Shown here: positions 8,604 to 18,562 of the stretch, piece by piece
Numbering within the stretch: the first letter of the stretch is position 1
Layout: every line of letters starts with the position of its first letter
Origin: an uncultured Mollicutes bacterium
Lineage (GTDB): Bacteria; Bacillota_I; Bacilli_A; RFN20; CAG-826
Direction: 5' to 3'
NCBI GenBank assembly: GCA_900540365.1
Contig: UQFN01000001.1
Coordinates: forward strand, 103,636-167,635
DNA length: 64,000 nucleotides
Notes under the pieces: model-generated
What the model saw: the letters and a program-made list of their open reading frames with translations, nothing else
What the model was told of the DNA's origin: nothing
The model's database searches: none
Made by a program: the position numbers and the translations under genes

Positions 8604-11264
8604 TTATTTCTTTTTATTTTCTCTTTGTAAGAGAATTTCAGCTTGAGCAGCAGCAAGTCTAGCAATTGGGACTCTAAATGGTGAGCAAGAAACATAATCT
8701 AATCCAACTCTATTGAAGAATTCGATTGATTTTGGATCTCCACCATGTTCACCACAAACACCACATAATAATGTAGGTCTTGTAGCTCTTCCATCAGCAA
8801 CAGCCATCTTAATTAATTTGCCAACGCCTTTTTGATCAACAGTTTGGAATGGATCTTCTTCAAAAATCTTATTTGAATAGTAATCAGGTAAGAATTTAGA
8901 AGCATCATCACGGCTAAATCCAAAGGTCATTTGAGTTAAGTCATTTGTACCAAAGCTATAGAATTCAGCTTCGCTAGCAATTTCACTACTTAATAGGGCA
9001 GCACGTGGAATTTCAATCATTGTACCAATATGATATTTCATCTTAGCATTATTTTCTTTTAAGACTTTTTCAACTTCGTCAACAATTATTTTCTTAACGA
9101 ATTTGAATTCTTTAACATCTAAGGTTAAAGGAATCATAATTTCAGGTTCAATGTCTTTCTTTAAATCCTTACTTGCTTTAATAGCAGCTTCAATAATTGC
9201 TCTTGCTTGCATTCTACCAATTTCAGGATAAGAGACGTCTAATCTACAACCTCTATGCCCCATCATTGGGTTGAATTCATGTAAGTAGTTAATTCTATCT
9301 TTAACTTGTTGGACAGTAATATCTAAAGCTTTTGCTAACTCTTCAATCTTATCTTCTTCTTGTGGTAAGAATTCGTGTAGAGGTGGATCGAGTAATCTAA
9401 CATTAACTTCGATTCTTTCTAATGAACCCATTGCCATATATAATCCATAGAAGTCATCTCTTTGATATGGTAATAATTCAGCTAAAGCAGCTTCACGATC
9501 TTTAACATTGTTACTTAAGATCATTTTTCTCATATGGAAGATTCTATCTTTATCAAAGAACATATGTTCTGTTCTACATAATCCAATACCTTCAGCACCA
9601 AATTTAGCAGCTTGAATTGCATCACGTGGAGTATCTGCATTAGTTCTAATAGTTAATCTTCTATATTTATCAGCAGCTTTCATCATTCTACCAAAGTTTC
9701 CATCTAAGCTAGCTGGAACCATCTTGACAGCGCCAGCAAATACTTCACCAGTACTACCATTGATAGAAATTGTATCTTTTTCAGTATAAACTTTACCATT
9801 AATTGTTAAAGTTCCTGCTTCTTCATCAACAATTGCTGCACTACAACCAGTGACACAGCATTTACCCATACCACGAGCAACAACTGCAGCGTGTGAAGTC
9901 ATACCACCACGCATTGTTAAGATACCTTCAGCAGCAACCATACCTTCGATATCTTCTGGTGAAGTTTCTGCTCTAACTAAGACAACTTTTTCACCATTTG
10001 CATGTCTTTCTTCAGCATCTTTAGCATTGAATGATAAGTGACCAACTGCAGCACCTGGAGATGCTGGGTTACCATTTGCAATAACTTCTGCTTCTTTTAA
10101 AGCTTTTGTATCAAATGTTGGGTGTAAAAGTGTATCAAGTAATTTAGGTTCAACTCTTAAGACAGCTTCATCTTCAGTAATTAATCCTTCATCAACTAAA
10201 TCCCAAGCAATTTGTAAAGCAGCAGCAGCTGTTCTTTTACCATTTCTAGTTTGTAAGAAATAAAGTTTTCCGTTTTCAACGGTATACTCCATATCTTGCA
10301 TATCTTTATAATGTTTTTCCATCATTTTGATGGTTTTTTCGAATTGATCGTAAACTTCTGGCATTCTCTTCTTTAATTCTGAAATGTGTAAAGGAGTTCT
10401 AATACCAGCAACGACGTCTTCTCCTTGAGCATTTGGTAAATATTCAGCATAAATTTCTTTTTTACCAGTAGATGGGTCACGAGAGAAAGCAACACCAGTA
10501 CCACTTTGTTCGTTTAAGTTACCAAAGACCATTGATTGAACGTTAACTGCAGTTCCCCATTCATAAGGAATTCCGTTCATCTTACGATAAACATTAGCTC
10601 TTGGGTTATCCCAGCTTCTAAAGACTGCGGTAACTGCTTCATGTAATTGAACATATGGATCAGTTGGGAAATCTTCGTTAAATGTTTTCTTGTAATATTC
10701 CTTATATCTTTCAACTAAATCTTTTAATTGATCAGCTGTAACTTCAGTATCTAATTTATATCCGTGTTTTTCTTTGATTTCATCTAACATTCTATCCATA
10801 TCGGTTCTTGGATGACCTTTTGCGATGTTAGTGAACATTAAGATAAATCTACGATAGCTATCATAAGCAAATCTTTCATTTTCGTTGTTAGCACCAGCTA
10901 ATAATTTAACAGTATAATCATTTAAACCTAAGTTTAATATAGTATCCATCATTCCTGGCATTGATACTCTAGCACCACTTCTAACAGAAACTAAGAGTGG
11001 GAACTTACCATCTTTACCACCAAATGATTTTCCGCTTTCTTTTTCAATAGCATGAATTCCTTCATCAATTTGATTGATGAGATCTTGTGGCATTGTTTTA
11101 CCACTTTCATAATAAAGAGTACAAGCTTCTGTGCTGACTGTAAAACCTTGTGGGATTGGTACGCCAATATAAGTCATTTCAGCAAGACCTGCACCTTTAC
11201 CTCCAAGAAGTTCTTTTCCTAAGCCATGAGCTTCTTTGAAGAGATAAACGTATTTCTTTGACAT
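8604..11264 (-). CDS. ppdK: Pyruvate, phosphate dikinase
   Basis: 886 aa. Phosphohistidine loop GGMTSHAAVVARG, GLCRTEHMFF and CGEHGGDP. Confidence 0.95.
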   Translation of the reverse strand: MSKKYVYLFKEAHGLGKELLGGKGAGLAEMTYIGVPIPQGFTVSTEACTLYYESGKTMPQDLINQIDEGIHAIEKESGKSFGGKDGKFPLLVSVRSGARVSMPGMMDTILNLGLNDYTVKLLAGANNENERFAYDSYRRFILMFTNIAKGHPRTDMDRMLDEIKEKHGYKLDTEVTADQLKDLVERYKEYYKKTFNEDFPTDPYVQLHEAVTAVFRSWDNPRANVYRKMNGIPYEWGTAVNVQSMVFGNLNEQSGTGVAFSRDPSTGKKEIYAEYLPNAQGEDVVAGIRTPLHISELKKRMPEVYDQFEKTIKMMEKHYKDMQDMEYTVENGKLYFLQTRNGKRTAAAALQIAWDLVDEGLITEDEAVLRVEPKLLDTLLHPTFDTKALKEAEVIANGNPASPGAAVGHLSFNAKDAEERHANGEKVVLVRAETSPEDIEGMVAAEGILTMRGGMTSHAAVVARGMGKCCVTGCSAAIVDEEAGTLTINGKVYTEKDTISINGSTGEVFAGAVKMVPASLDGNFGRMMKAADKYRRLTIRTNADTPRDAIQAAKFGAEGIGLCRTEHMFFDKDRIFHMRKMILSNNVKDREAALAELLPYQRDDFYGLYMAMGSLERIEVNVRLLDPPLHEFLPQEEDKIEELAKALDITVQQVKDRINYLHEFNPMMGHRGCRLDVSYPEIGRMQARAIIEAAIKASKDLKKDIEPEIMIPLTLDVKEFKFVKKIIVDEVEKVLKENNAKMKYHIGTMIEIPRAALLSSEIASEAEFYSFGTNDLTQMTFGFSRDDASKFLPDYYSNKIFEEDPFQTVDQKGVGKLIKMAVADGRATRPTLLCGVCGEHGGDPKSIEFFNRVGLDYVSCSPFRVPIARLAAAQAEILLQRENKKK

Positions 11265-11355
11265 TTAATATCCTCCTAAAACAATGTTATAAAACATCTT
11301 TATGATTATATCATAAAAAAAGTAATTTTTGATATAATTTCACACATATAATATA

Positions 11356-12930
11356 ATGTTTTTTAACATGGAAAAGGATTTAGTACTAAGTATAGATTAT
11401 GGAACACAGTCTGTTCGCGTGTCTATTATCGATAAAAAAGGCAATTTTTTAGCTTTTGAACAAGTAAAATATAAGGAACCATATTTTTCATCAAAACCAG
11501 GTTATTGTGAACAATATCCTGATTATTACTACACTTGTATGGTTGAAGCTGCAAAAAAAGTTTCTAGTAAACACCAAGATTTATTAGAACGTTGTATGGC
11601 TGTTAGTTCAACTTGTTTTAGAGATACTGCTGCATATTTAGATGAAAATTATAAAGTTTTAAGACCTAGTATTATTTGGTTAGATCAACGTTTTGCAAAA
11701 GGAACAAAAAAATTACCTTTTATTTATCGAGCAATTTATTTTGTTATCGGAATGGGTCCAACGGTTGATATGAATCGTAAAAGAACTCCAGCAATGTGGT
11801 TACAAGAAAATGAACCAGAAATTTATAAAAAAATAAAATATTATGCTCCAATAAATTGTTATTTTAATTATAAAATGACCGGAGTTTTATCAGATAGTGC
11901 TTCAAATATGATTGGACATTATCCAATTTCTTTTAAAAATAAAAAAATACAATCCAAAATGAATTTAGTTGGCATCGCTTATGGTATTGATCCTAAACTA
12001 ATTCCTCATATTACCGAAACTGGTAAATTATTAGGATACATAACTCATGAATGTGCGTTAGAAACAGGATTTCCTGAAGGACTCCCTTATATAACAACTG
12101 GTAATGATAAAAGCTGTGAAGCCTTAGGATGTGGTTCCATTGATTCCACTACCGCTCATATTAGTTATGGAACTGCTAGTAGTATTTCTGTGGTAAGTAA
12201 AAGATATTTTTCTCCAGAAATGTTTTTGCCTAGTTATGCTGCGTGTGTTGACAAATATTATTCAGGTGAAGTTCAAATTTATCGTGGTTATTGGATGTTA
12301 AAATGGTTTGCTGAAGAATTTGCTAATGAGGAAAGTGTTGAAGCTGGTATTGAAAATTTAGCAGTCGAAGAATTTTTAAATCAAAAATTAATGTCAATTG
12401 GTCCTGGAAGTGATGGTTTAGTCCTTCAACCATATTGGGGGCCAAGTTTAAAAAGACCTACAGCTAAAGGTAGTATTTTAGGATTTTATGATACTCATAC
12501 AAAGTTTCATGTCTACCGTGCCATTATTGAAGGTATTGCTTATGGTTTAAAAGAAGGCTTAGATACAATTTTAGGAAGAACACATTTTAAAATTAAGTAT
12601 TTAACTATTAGTGGCGGTGGTAGTCGAAGCGATGCTATTTGCCAAATTACAAGTGATATTTTCAATATTAAAGTTAGAAAAAGTCAAACTTATGAAAGTT
12701 CTTCTTTAGGATGTGCTATGGCTACTTATATTGCCCTAGGTGTTTATAAAAATGTTTATGAAGCTAAAGAAAATATGATTCATTACATTAAAGAATTCAA
12801 TCCAAACAAAAAAGCTGTTAAGCAATATAAATATTTGTATAAAAATGTTTATAGAAAAATATATCCAAAACTAAAACAAATATATAAAGATTTAACAAAA
12901 TATCAACAAAATTTCGTGCAAAATAGTTGA
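11356..12930 (+). CDS. FGGY-family carbohydrate kinase
   Basis: N-terminal SIDYGTQSVR and C-terminal ISGGGSRSD, typical of FGGY kinases. The start may be the second ATG at 11368. Confidence 0.8.
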   Translation: MFFNMEKDLVLSIDYGTQSVRVSIIDKKGNFLAFEQVKYKEPYFSSKPGYCEQYPDYYYTCMVEAAKKVSSKHQDLLERCMAVSSTCFRDTAAYLDENYKVLRPSIIWLDQRFAKGTKKLPFIYRAIYFVIGMGPTVDMNRKRTPAMWLQENEPEIYKKIKYYAPINCYFNYKMTGVLSDSASNMIGHYPISFKNKKIQSKMNLVGIAYGIDPKLIPHITETGKLLGYITHECALETGFPEGLPYITTGNDKSCEALGCGSIDSTTAHISYGTASSISVVSKRYFSPEMFLPSYAACVDKYYSGEVQIYRGYWMLKWFAEEFANEESVEAGIENLAVEEFLNQKLMSIGPGSDGLVLQPYWGPSLKRPTAKGSILGFYDTHTKFHVYRAIIEGIAYGLKEGLDTILGRTHFKIKYLTISGGGSRSDAICQITSDIFNIKVRKSQTYESSSLGCAMATYIALGVYKNVYEAKENMIHYIKEFNPNKKAVKQYKYLYKNVYRKIYPKLKQIYKDLTKYQQNFVQNS

Positions 12931-12993
12931 GTTTTGCAGGGTTTTGTAAAAAAAATAAAATAAAAAGTTTCTTTTGCAAGAGACTTTTATTTT

Positions 12994-14859
12994 TTAAGAT
13001 TCTTCAACTTCTGAGTTATTTTCAGTAAGATTATTACCAATAAATTGTGAGTTATAAAGTTCAGCATAGAAACCATTTCTTGCAAGCAATTCTTTATGAT
13101 TTCCAGTTTCAACAATATTTCCTTTTTTCATAACAATAATTAATTTTGCATTTTTAATTGTTGATAAACGGTGAGCAATAATGAAACTTGTTTTATTTTG
13201 CATAATGTTATCAAGTGCATCTTGAATTTGTTGTTCAGTTCGAGTATCAACGCTTGAGGTAGCTTCATCTAAAATCATAATCTTAGGTTTAGAAATTATT
13301 GCCCTAGCAATTGTAAGAAGTTGTCTTTGACCTTGAGAAATATTTGTACCATCTTCATTTAAAACAAAGTCATATTTTCCTGGCAATGTTTCGATGAAAT
13401 GGTCGACATGAGCCTGCTTACAAGCAGCTTTGATATCTTCAAAGGTGGCATTTTCATCACCATATAGTAAATTTTCTCTAATGGTTCCTCTAAATAACCA
13501 AGTATCTTGTAAAACCATGCCAATGCTTCCTCTTAAAATATTACGTTTATAATCTTTAGTATCAACTCCATCAAGTTTAATTGTACCTTCATTAATCTCA
13601 TAGAATCGCATAATTAAATTAACTAAAGTAGTTTTTCCAGCGCCAGTTGGACCAACAATTGCTACAGTATCACCAGCATTTATTTTTAAATTAAAGTTTT
13701 GAATTAATGGTTTTTCAGGAACATAACTGAAATAAACATTGTTAAATTCAAATTTACCAAGAATATTTTCATCAGTATCAATGGCATTAACAGGATCAGG
13801 TTCAAATTCTTTTTCTTCTAAAAGATCATAAATTCTTTCTCCACTAGCAACAACTGATTGAATAATATTAACAATTTGGCCAATTTGTTGGAAAGGACGC
13901 GAGAACATATTTAAGAAGATAAAGAAAGTAATCATTGCACCTGGATCTTGTAATAATCCACCAACGACAGCAATCCCAACATAAGCTAAATTATTAATAA
14001 AGTTTGTTGTTGGGAAAATTAAACCTGATAAGAATTGTGAAATTTTATCAGAATTAGACATTTTTGCGTTAGTAACTTCAAATTCATTAATTGAATCTTG
14101 TTGTTTATTAAATAATTTAATTATTAAATAACCGGCATAATCTTCTTCTACTTGTCCGTTAAGATCGCCTAATTCTTTACGATAAATTCTAAATTGTTTT
14201 TGTGAAAACTTTGAAACAAGAATAACGATTAAAATAGTAAATGGTAATGAAACAATTGCGACTAAAGCTAATTGCCATTTTGTTATTAACATTGCAATAA
14301 ATGTACCAACGAATAAAGTAATACTATTACATGTTTGAACAATAATTGTTTGTAAATTTCTACTAATATTATCTACATCGTTAGTTCCTATAGATAATGT
14401 ATCTCCATATGGAACTTTATCAAAATATGACAAAGGTAATCTATCAAGTTTTGCTTTTACTCTTTCACGCATGTCATAAGAGAATCTTGCACTTATTGAA
14501 ACTGTAATAAATTCAGCAAGGAAAGTTAAGAAAGCACTTAAAACATATAATCCAAGCATTAAACCAAATCTTGAAAAGAAAAATGGCCAATTAATTTGTA
14601 CATATTGCATTCCATCTTGATTTACTAATACTTCAAATAATGCTGAAGAACTACTTCCATCAGAAAGAGAGGCAGAATTTAATAAATTTTGGAGAACTAA
14701 AGGTGATAAAATGCTCAAAACCGCACTCAAAATCGATAAAATTATTACGATTACAAGTAAAACATACTCTTTTTTAAAATCTTTAAGCATTTTCTTTAAT
14801 GTTTTAGAAAAATTTTTAGGTTTTGCAATTGTCATTTGTCTTGGTGGCATATTATTCAC
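12994..14859 (-). CDS. ABC exporter, fused permease/ATPase (half-transporter, partner 2)
   Basis: Six-TM N-terminal half. Walker A GPTGAGKTT, signature ISQGQRQ, Walker B IMILDEATS. Overlaps the upstream partner by 8 nt. Confidence 0.9.
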   Translation of the reverse strand: MNNMPPRQMTIAKPKNFSKTLKKMLKDFKKEYVLLVIVIILSILSAVLSILSPLVLQNLLNSASLSDGSSSSALFEVLVNQDGMQYVQINWPFFFSRFGLMLGLYVLSAFLTFLAEFITVSISARFSYDMRERVKAKLDRLPLSYFDKVPYGDTLSIGTNDVDNISRNLQTIIVQTCNSITLFVGTFIAMLITKWQLALVAIVSLPFTILIVILVSKFSQKQFRIYRKELGDLNGQVEEDYAGYLIIKLFNKQQDSINEFEVTNAKMSNSDKISQFLSGLIFPTTNFINNLAYVGIAVVGGLLQDPGAMITFFIFLNMFSRPFQQIGQIVNIIQSVVASGERIYDLLEEKEFEPDPVNAIDTDENILGKFEFNNVYFSYVPEKPLIQNFNLKINAGDTVAIVGPTGAGKTTLVNLIMRFYEINEGTIKLDGVDTKDYKRNILRGSIGMVLQDTWLFRGTIRENLLYGDENATFEDIKAACKQAHVDHFIETLPGKYDFVLNEDGTNISQGQRQLLTIARAIISKPKIMILDEATSSVDTRTEQQIQDALDNIMQNKTSFIIAHRLSTIKNAKLIIVMKKGNIVETGNHKELLARNGFYAELYNSQFIGNNLTENNSEVEES

Positions 14860-16969
14860 CTCCTTCTAAAACATAATCTTTATTTAAATTAATTGTTTTC
14901 TCAATTTCATCGCTATCAAGTTGAGATTTAACGATGTCTTGATAAACATTGCAACGTGCAATCAATTCTTGGTGAGTGCCTTGATCAACAATTTTTCCTT
15001 CATGAAGGACAATGATGTTATCAGCATCTAAAATTGAAGAAACTCTTTGAGCAACTACAATTATTGAGCTATTTCCAACATAGCCTTTTAAAGCATTTCT
15101 TAACTTAGCATCAGTTTTAAAATCTAGAGCACTAAATGAATCATCAAAAACATAAACTTCAGGTTTTTTAACTAAGGCTCTAGCAATACATAATCTTTGC
15201 TTTTGTCCACCAGAAAAGTTTTTACCGGATTGAGAAACGAATGTATCAAGTTGATCTGGAAGTTTATCAATGAAGTTTTTTGCTTGAGCTACTTTTAAAA
15301 CTTCCTTAATTTCTTCATCAGTAGCATCTTTTTTACCAAATTGAATATTACTTCTAATTGTTCCTTTAAATAATAAAGCTGTTTGAGGAACAAAACCTAA
15401 ATGTTCACGAACACATTCGCTTGGAACATCTTCTAAATTAACTCCATCAAAAAGAATTTCACCACTAGTTGGTTTATAAAACTTAGGAATTAAATTAATA
15501 ATTGTTGATTTTCCACTACCGGTTGAACCAATGATAGCAGTTGTTTTCCCAGGTTTAGTTTTAAAAGAAATATTTTCTATACAAGGGGTATCTGTATCAG
15601 GATATGAGAAAGTTACATTTTTAAATTCAATAACACCATTTATATCAGATTTAGCAATTAAGTCATTTTCTTTTGAAGTATCAGCACCATCAGAAACATG
15701 ATTTTTAAAAGCTTCTCTAATCTTTTTACGCTTTAAATGATATTCTTGATGAATTTTTTCATATTTAAGTAAATATGCTAATTCTTTGTTGTTTTTATAT
15801 TCTTCTTTTGAACTAATTTCAAGTTGATATTTTAGTAATGAAATATTAAATTCTTTGTTAAATTCTTTCTTATATTTTTCTAATAATGGTTTAGTTAAAG
15901 ATTCTTCTTTTTTATAAAGTTCTTCAATTTTGGCTTTGTATTCATTATATTTGGAATCATCTTTGTAAATTGTGTTTTTATCTTTATTAGAATCTATATT
16001 TAATACTTCATTAACACGTCTAGCAGATGCAAGTGCTTGTGGCATCATAATGAAAATCATTGCAAACATCAAAAACGACATCATTATTTGTGAACTATAT
16101 TGAGCAACGACTGTAATATCGGTAACAAGTTCACCAATTTGAGTATACATTTTGAGTGTATCATCAGATGTAATTCTACTTAATAAATAGAAACCAAAAG
16201 CATAAATTCCAATGAAGCATAAATTAAATAAGATATTAATGAAAGGATTGGTAAACGACATTATTCTATTAACTTTAACAGTAGTTTGAACTAAATCTTT
16301 ATTAGCTTTGCTAAATTTTTTAGATTCAACAACTTCTTGATCGTAAGCTCTTACAACTCTGACACCAGTTAAATTTTCTCTTAAAACAATCGTAACATTA
16401 TCAATCTTTTCTTGAATTTTCTTAAAATAAGGAGCTGTCACATATAAGATTATTAATAAGAAAATAATAATGATTGGTAAAATAACACCTAAAACTAAAA
16501 GCAAACTTGGACGCTCTTGAGCAGTTTTAATTATTGCAATAATCATCATTGTTGGTGACATAACTAAAATTCTTAAGGCCATTAAAGTGAAGTTTTTAAT
16601 TTGTTCAACATCGTTAGTAGTTCTAGTAATTAAAGTTGCAGTACCAAATTGATTGTAGTCACTAAGGGAAATGCTATTAACTTTTTTAAACATTTCAGTT
16701 CTTAGCTTTTGTCCAACATAAGCTGAAACAGTTGAAGCACTATAAAATTGTATAAAAGCAAGACAAACTACTGCTGCACTTAAGCCAATCATACAGCCAC
16801 CATATCGCCATATCTCATCAAAATTCACATCAACTGAACGAATTTGATTTTGAATGTTTCCCATATATTCTGGGAGCATCAATTGGCAATAACATTGAAG
16901 AATAATGGCAATTGCAAGAATAACAATTAAGTACCATTTCTTTCCTAAATGAACAAAAATTTTCTTCAT
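14852..16969 (-). CDS. ABC exporter, fused permease/ATPase (partner 1) with a ~115-aa Lys/Glu-rich linker insertion
   Basis: Walker A GSTGSGKST, signature FSGGQKQR, Walker B VFDDSFSALD. The insertion covers residues ~327-442. Confidence 0.9.
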   Translation of the reverse strand: MKKIFVHLGKKWYLIVILAIAIILQCYCQLMLPEYMGNIQNQIRSVDVNFDEIWRYGGCMIGLSAAVVCLAFIQFYSASTVSAYVGQKLRTEMFKKVNSISLSDYNQFGTATLITRTTNDVEQIKNFTLMALRILVMSPTMMIIAIIKTAQERPSLLLVLGVILPIIIIFLLIILYVTAPYFKKIQEKIDNVTIVLRENLTGVRVVRAYDQEVVESKKFSKANKDLVQTTVKVNRIMSFTNPFINILFNLCFIGIYAFGFYLLSRITSDDTLKMYTQIGELVTDITVVAQYSSQIMMSFLMFAMIFIMMPQALASARRVNEVLNIDSNKDKNTIYKDDSKYNEYKAKIEELYKKEESLTKPLLEKYKKEFNKEFNISLLKYQLEISSKEEYKNNKELAYLLKYEKIHQEYHLKRKKIREAFKNHVSDGADTSKENDLIAKSDINGVIEFKNVTFSYPDTDTPCIENISFKTKPGKTTAIIGSTGSGKSTIINLIPKFYKPTSGEILFDGVNLEDVPSECVREHLGFVPQTALLFKGTIRSNIQFGKKDATDEEIKEVLKVAQAKNFIDKLPDQLDTFVSQSGKNFSGGQKQRLCIARALVKKPEVYVFDDSFSALDFKTDAKLRNALKGYVGNSSIIVVAQRVSSILDADNIIVLHEGKIVDQGTHQELIARCNVYQDIVKSQLDSDEIEKTINLNKDYVLEGGE

Positions 16970-16995
16970 ATTCTCTCCATTTTTTAAAAAATAGT

Positions 16996-17937
16996 TTAGT
17001 TTTGCAGGCTTTTTTTCTTTTTTTCATAGAAAAAGAAAAATAAAGTAATAGCAAAACCTACTACAAATAAAACGATTCCTAGAGGTAAATCAAGTACCAT
17101 ATTCCCATCATTACTTGCCCAAGATAAGTAAACTTGATAAATATCAGGATTAAATAAAATGGCAAATATTGAACCGACAACAAATCCACAAATCATAAAG
17201 AATGTGGTAATTTTAAACTTAGACAACAAATAATTTATTAATTTAGAAACAACAATTATTCCAATAATGAATCCTAAAATTAAGCATAAATAAATTAATA
17301 AATAAAGAGGATGTTCTTTTAAAAAACTTATACTAACAGAATTAACTAGATGATTAAAATAGCCAATAGACATTAAAAATGCACTCGCACTTAAACCAGG
17401 AATTAGTTGTGTAATTGCAACGACAAAACCAATTAAAATGCAAAGAGGATATTGGTAATAATCTTGATCTAAAACTAAACTAGTTTCATTTTTTGAATAT
17501 AAAGTTGTAACAACTGTTAGAATAACTGGTAATAAAATTCCAACTATTAACAAAATGATTCTGAATAAACTAAACTTTTGCCCCTTTATTTCATTAAAAA
17601 CAGTTGGAGCACTTCCACTCATTAAACCTGCAAATAAGCCGCTAACCGCAAAAGGAATTAAATTTATTAATTCTTTAATTGTGAAAAATCCTAAAACGAT
17701 TCCAACTAAACCGCCAATTATGATTGGCAACAAAAATAAGAAACAAGAAGTAAATTTTTTTAAAATATTTCCTAAAGCATAAATTAATTTATTATAAAGT
17801 TTAAAAAGAATAGCAATTGTTGAACCACTAATTCCAGGAACAATAATTGCTAACCCTATAAAAAAACCTAAAACAGATGATTTGAACCAACTTTTTAGAT
17901 TATATTTTTCTAATACTACTTCATTCGAATCTTCCAT
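16996..17937 (-). CDS. DUF368-family membrane protein (family implicated in undecaprenyl-phosphate translocation)
   Basis: Two internal repeats with PGISGSTIAILFKLY and PGLSASAFLMSIGYF. Polytopic membrane profile. Confidence 0.7.
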   Translation of the reverse strand: MEDSNEVVLEKYNLKSWFKSSVLGFFIGLAIIVPGISGSTIAILFKLYNKLIYALGNILKKFTSCFLFLLPIIIGGLVGIVLGFFTIKELINLIPFAVSGLFAGLMSGSAPTVFNEIKGQKFSLFRIILLIVGILLPVILTVVTTLYSKNETSLVLDQDYYQYPLCILIGFVVAITQLIPGLSASAFLMSIGYFNHLVNSVSISFLKEHPLYLLIYLCLILGFIIGIIVVSKLINYLLSKFKITTFFMICGFVVGSIFAILFNPDIYQVYLSWASNDGNMVLDLPLGIVLFVVGFAITLFFFFYEKKKKSLQN

Positions 17938-17995
17938 AATTATACCTTTAGATTGTTGTAAATTATAACATTAAAAAGTAATATAATAAATAATT

Positions 17996-18562
17996 ATGAA
18001 AATTATTTATTTAATAGTTGGTTTAGGTAACCCCGGAAAGAAATATGAGCATACAAGACATAATGTCGGATTTGATTTTGTTGATGAATTTGCTAACAAA
18101 TTAGGAATAGATATAGATAAAGATGGGTTTAAAGGAAAATATGCACTTTGCAAATATTTTGACAAAGACATTATCTTATTGAAACCACAAACATTTATGA
18201 ATAATAGTGGTGAATCTATTATAGAAATAGTTAATTATTTTAAAATCGATATTGATAATATTTTAGTTGTTCATGATGATATGGATTTTGAGCCTGGAAC
18301 TTTAAAAATTAAAGAATCAGGATCAAGTGCAGGACATAATGGTATAAAAAGTATTATTCAATATTTAAAAACTGAAAATTTTAAACGTATTCGAATAGGC
18401 ATTGGAAAATTTGATAACAATATTATTGATTATGTTTTAAGTAAACCTTCCAAAGAAGATAGTGAACTTATTCATATGGCTATTTTAAAAGCTATTGATG
18501 CAACTAAAGTTTATTTGAATGAATCTTTCAACAAAGCGATGAGCATATATAATCAAAAATGA
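17996..18562 (+). CDS. pth: Peptidyl-tRNA hydrolase
   Basis: GLGNPGKKYEHTRHNVGF N-terminus. Confidence 0.95.
   Translation: MKIIYLIVGLGNPGKKYEHTRHNVGFDFVDEFANKLGIDIDKDGFKGKYALCKYFDKDIILLKPQTFMNNSGESIIEIVNYFKIDIDNILVVHDDMDFEPGTLKIKESGSSAGHNGIKSIIQYLKTENFKRIRIGIGKFDNNIIDYVLSKPSKEDSELIHMAILKAIDATKVYLNESFNKAMSIYNQK

Noticed and set aside
8604-11264. ppdK as a horizontally transferred gene because of locally higher GC (up to about 50% in some lines)
   Set aside because: It is a highly conserved, probably highly expressed core enzyme with host-like flanks and a normal terminator. Elevated GC is expected from amino-acid constraints, and there are no mobile-element scars.
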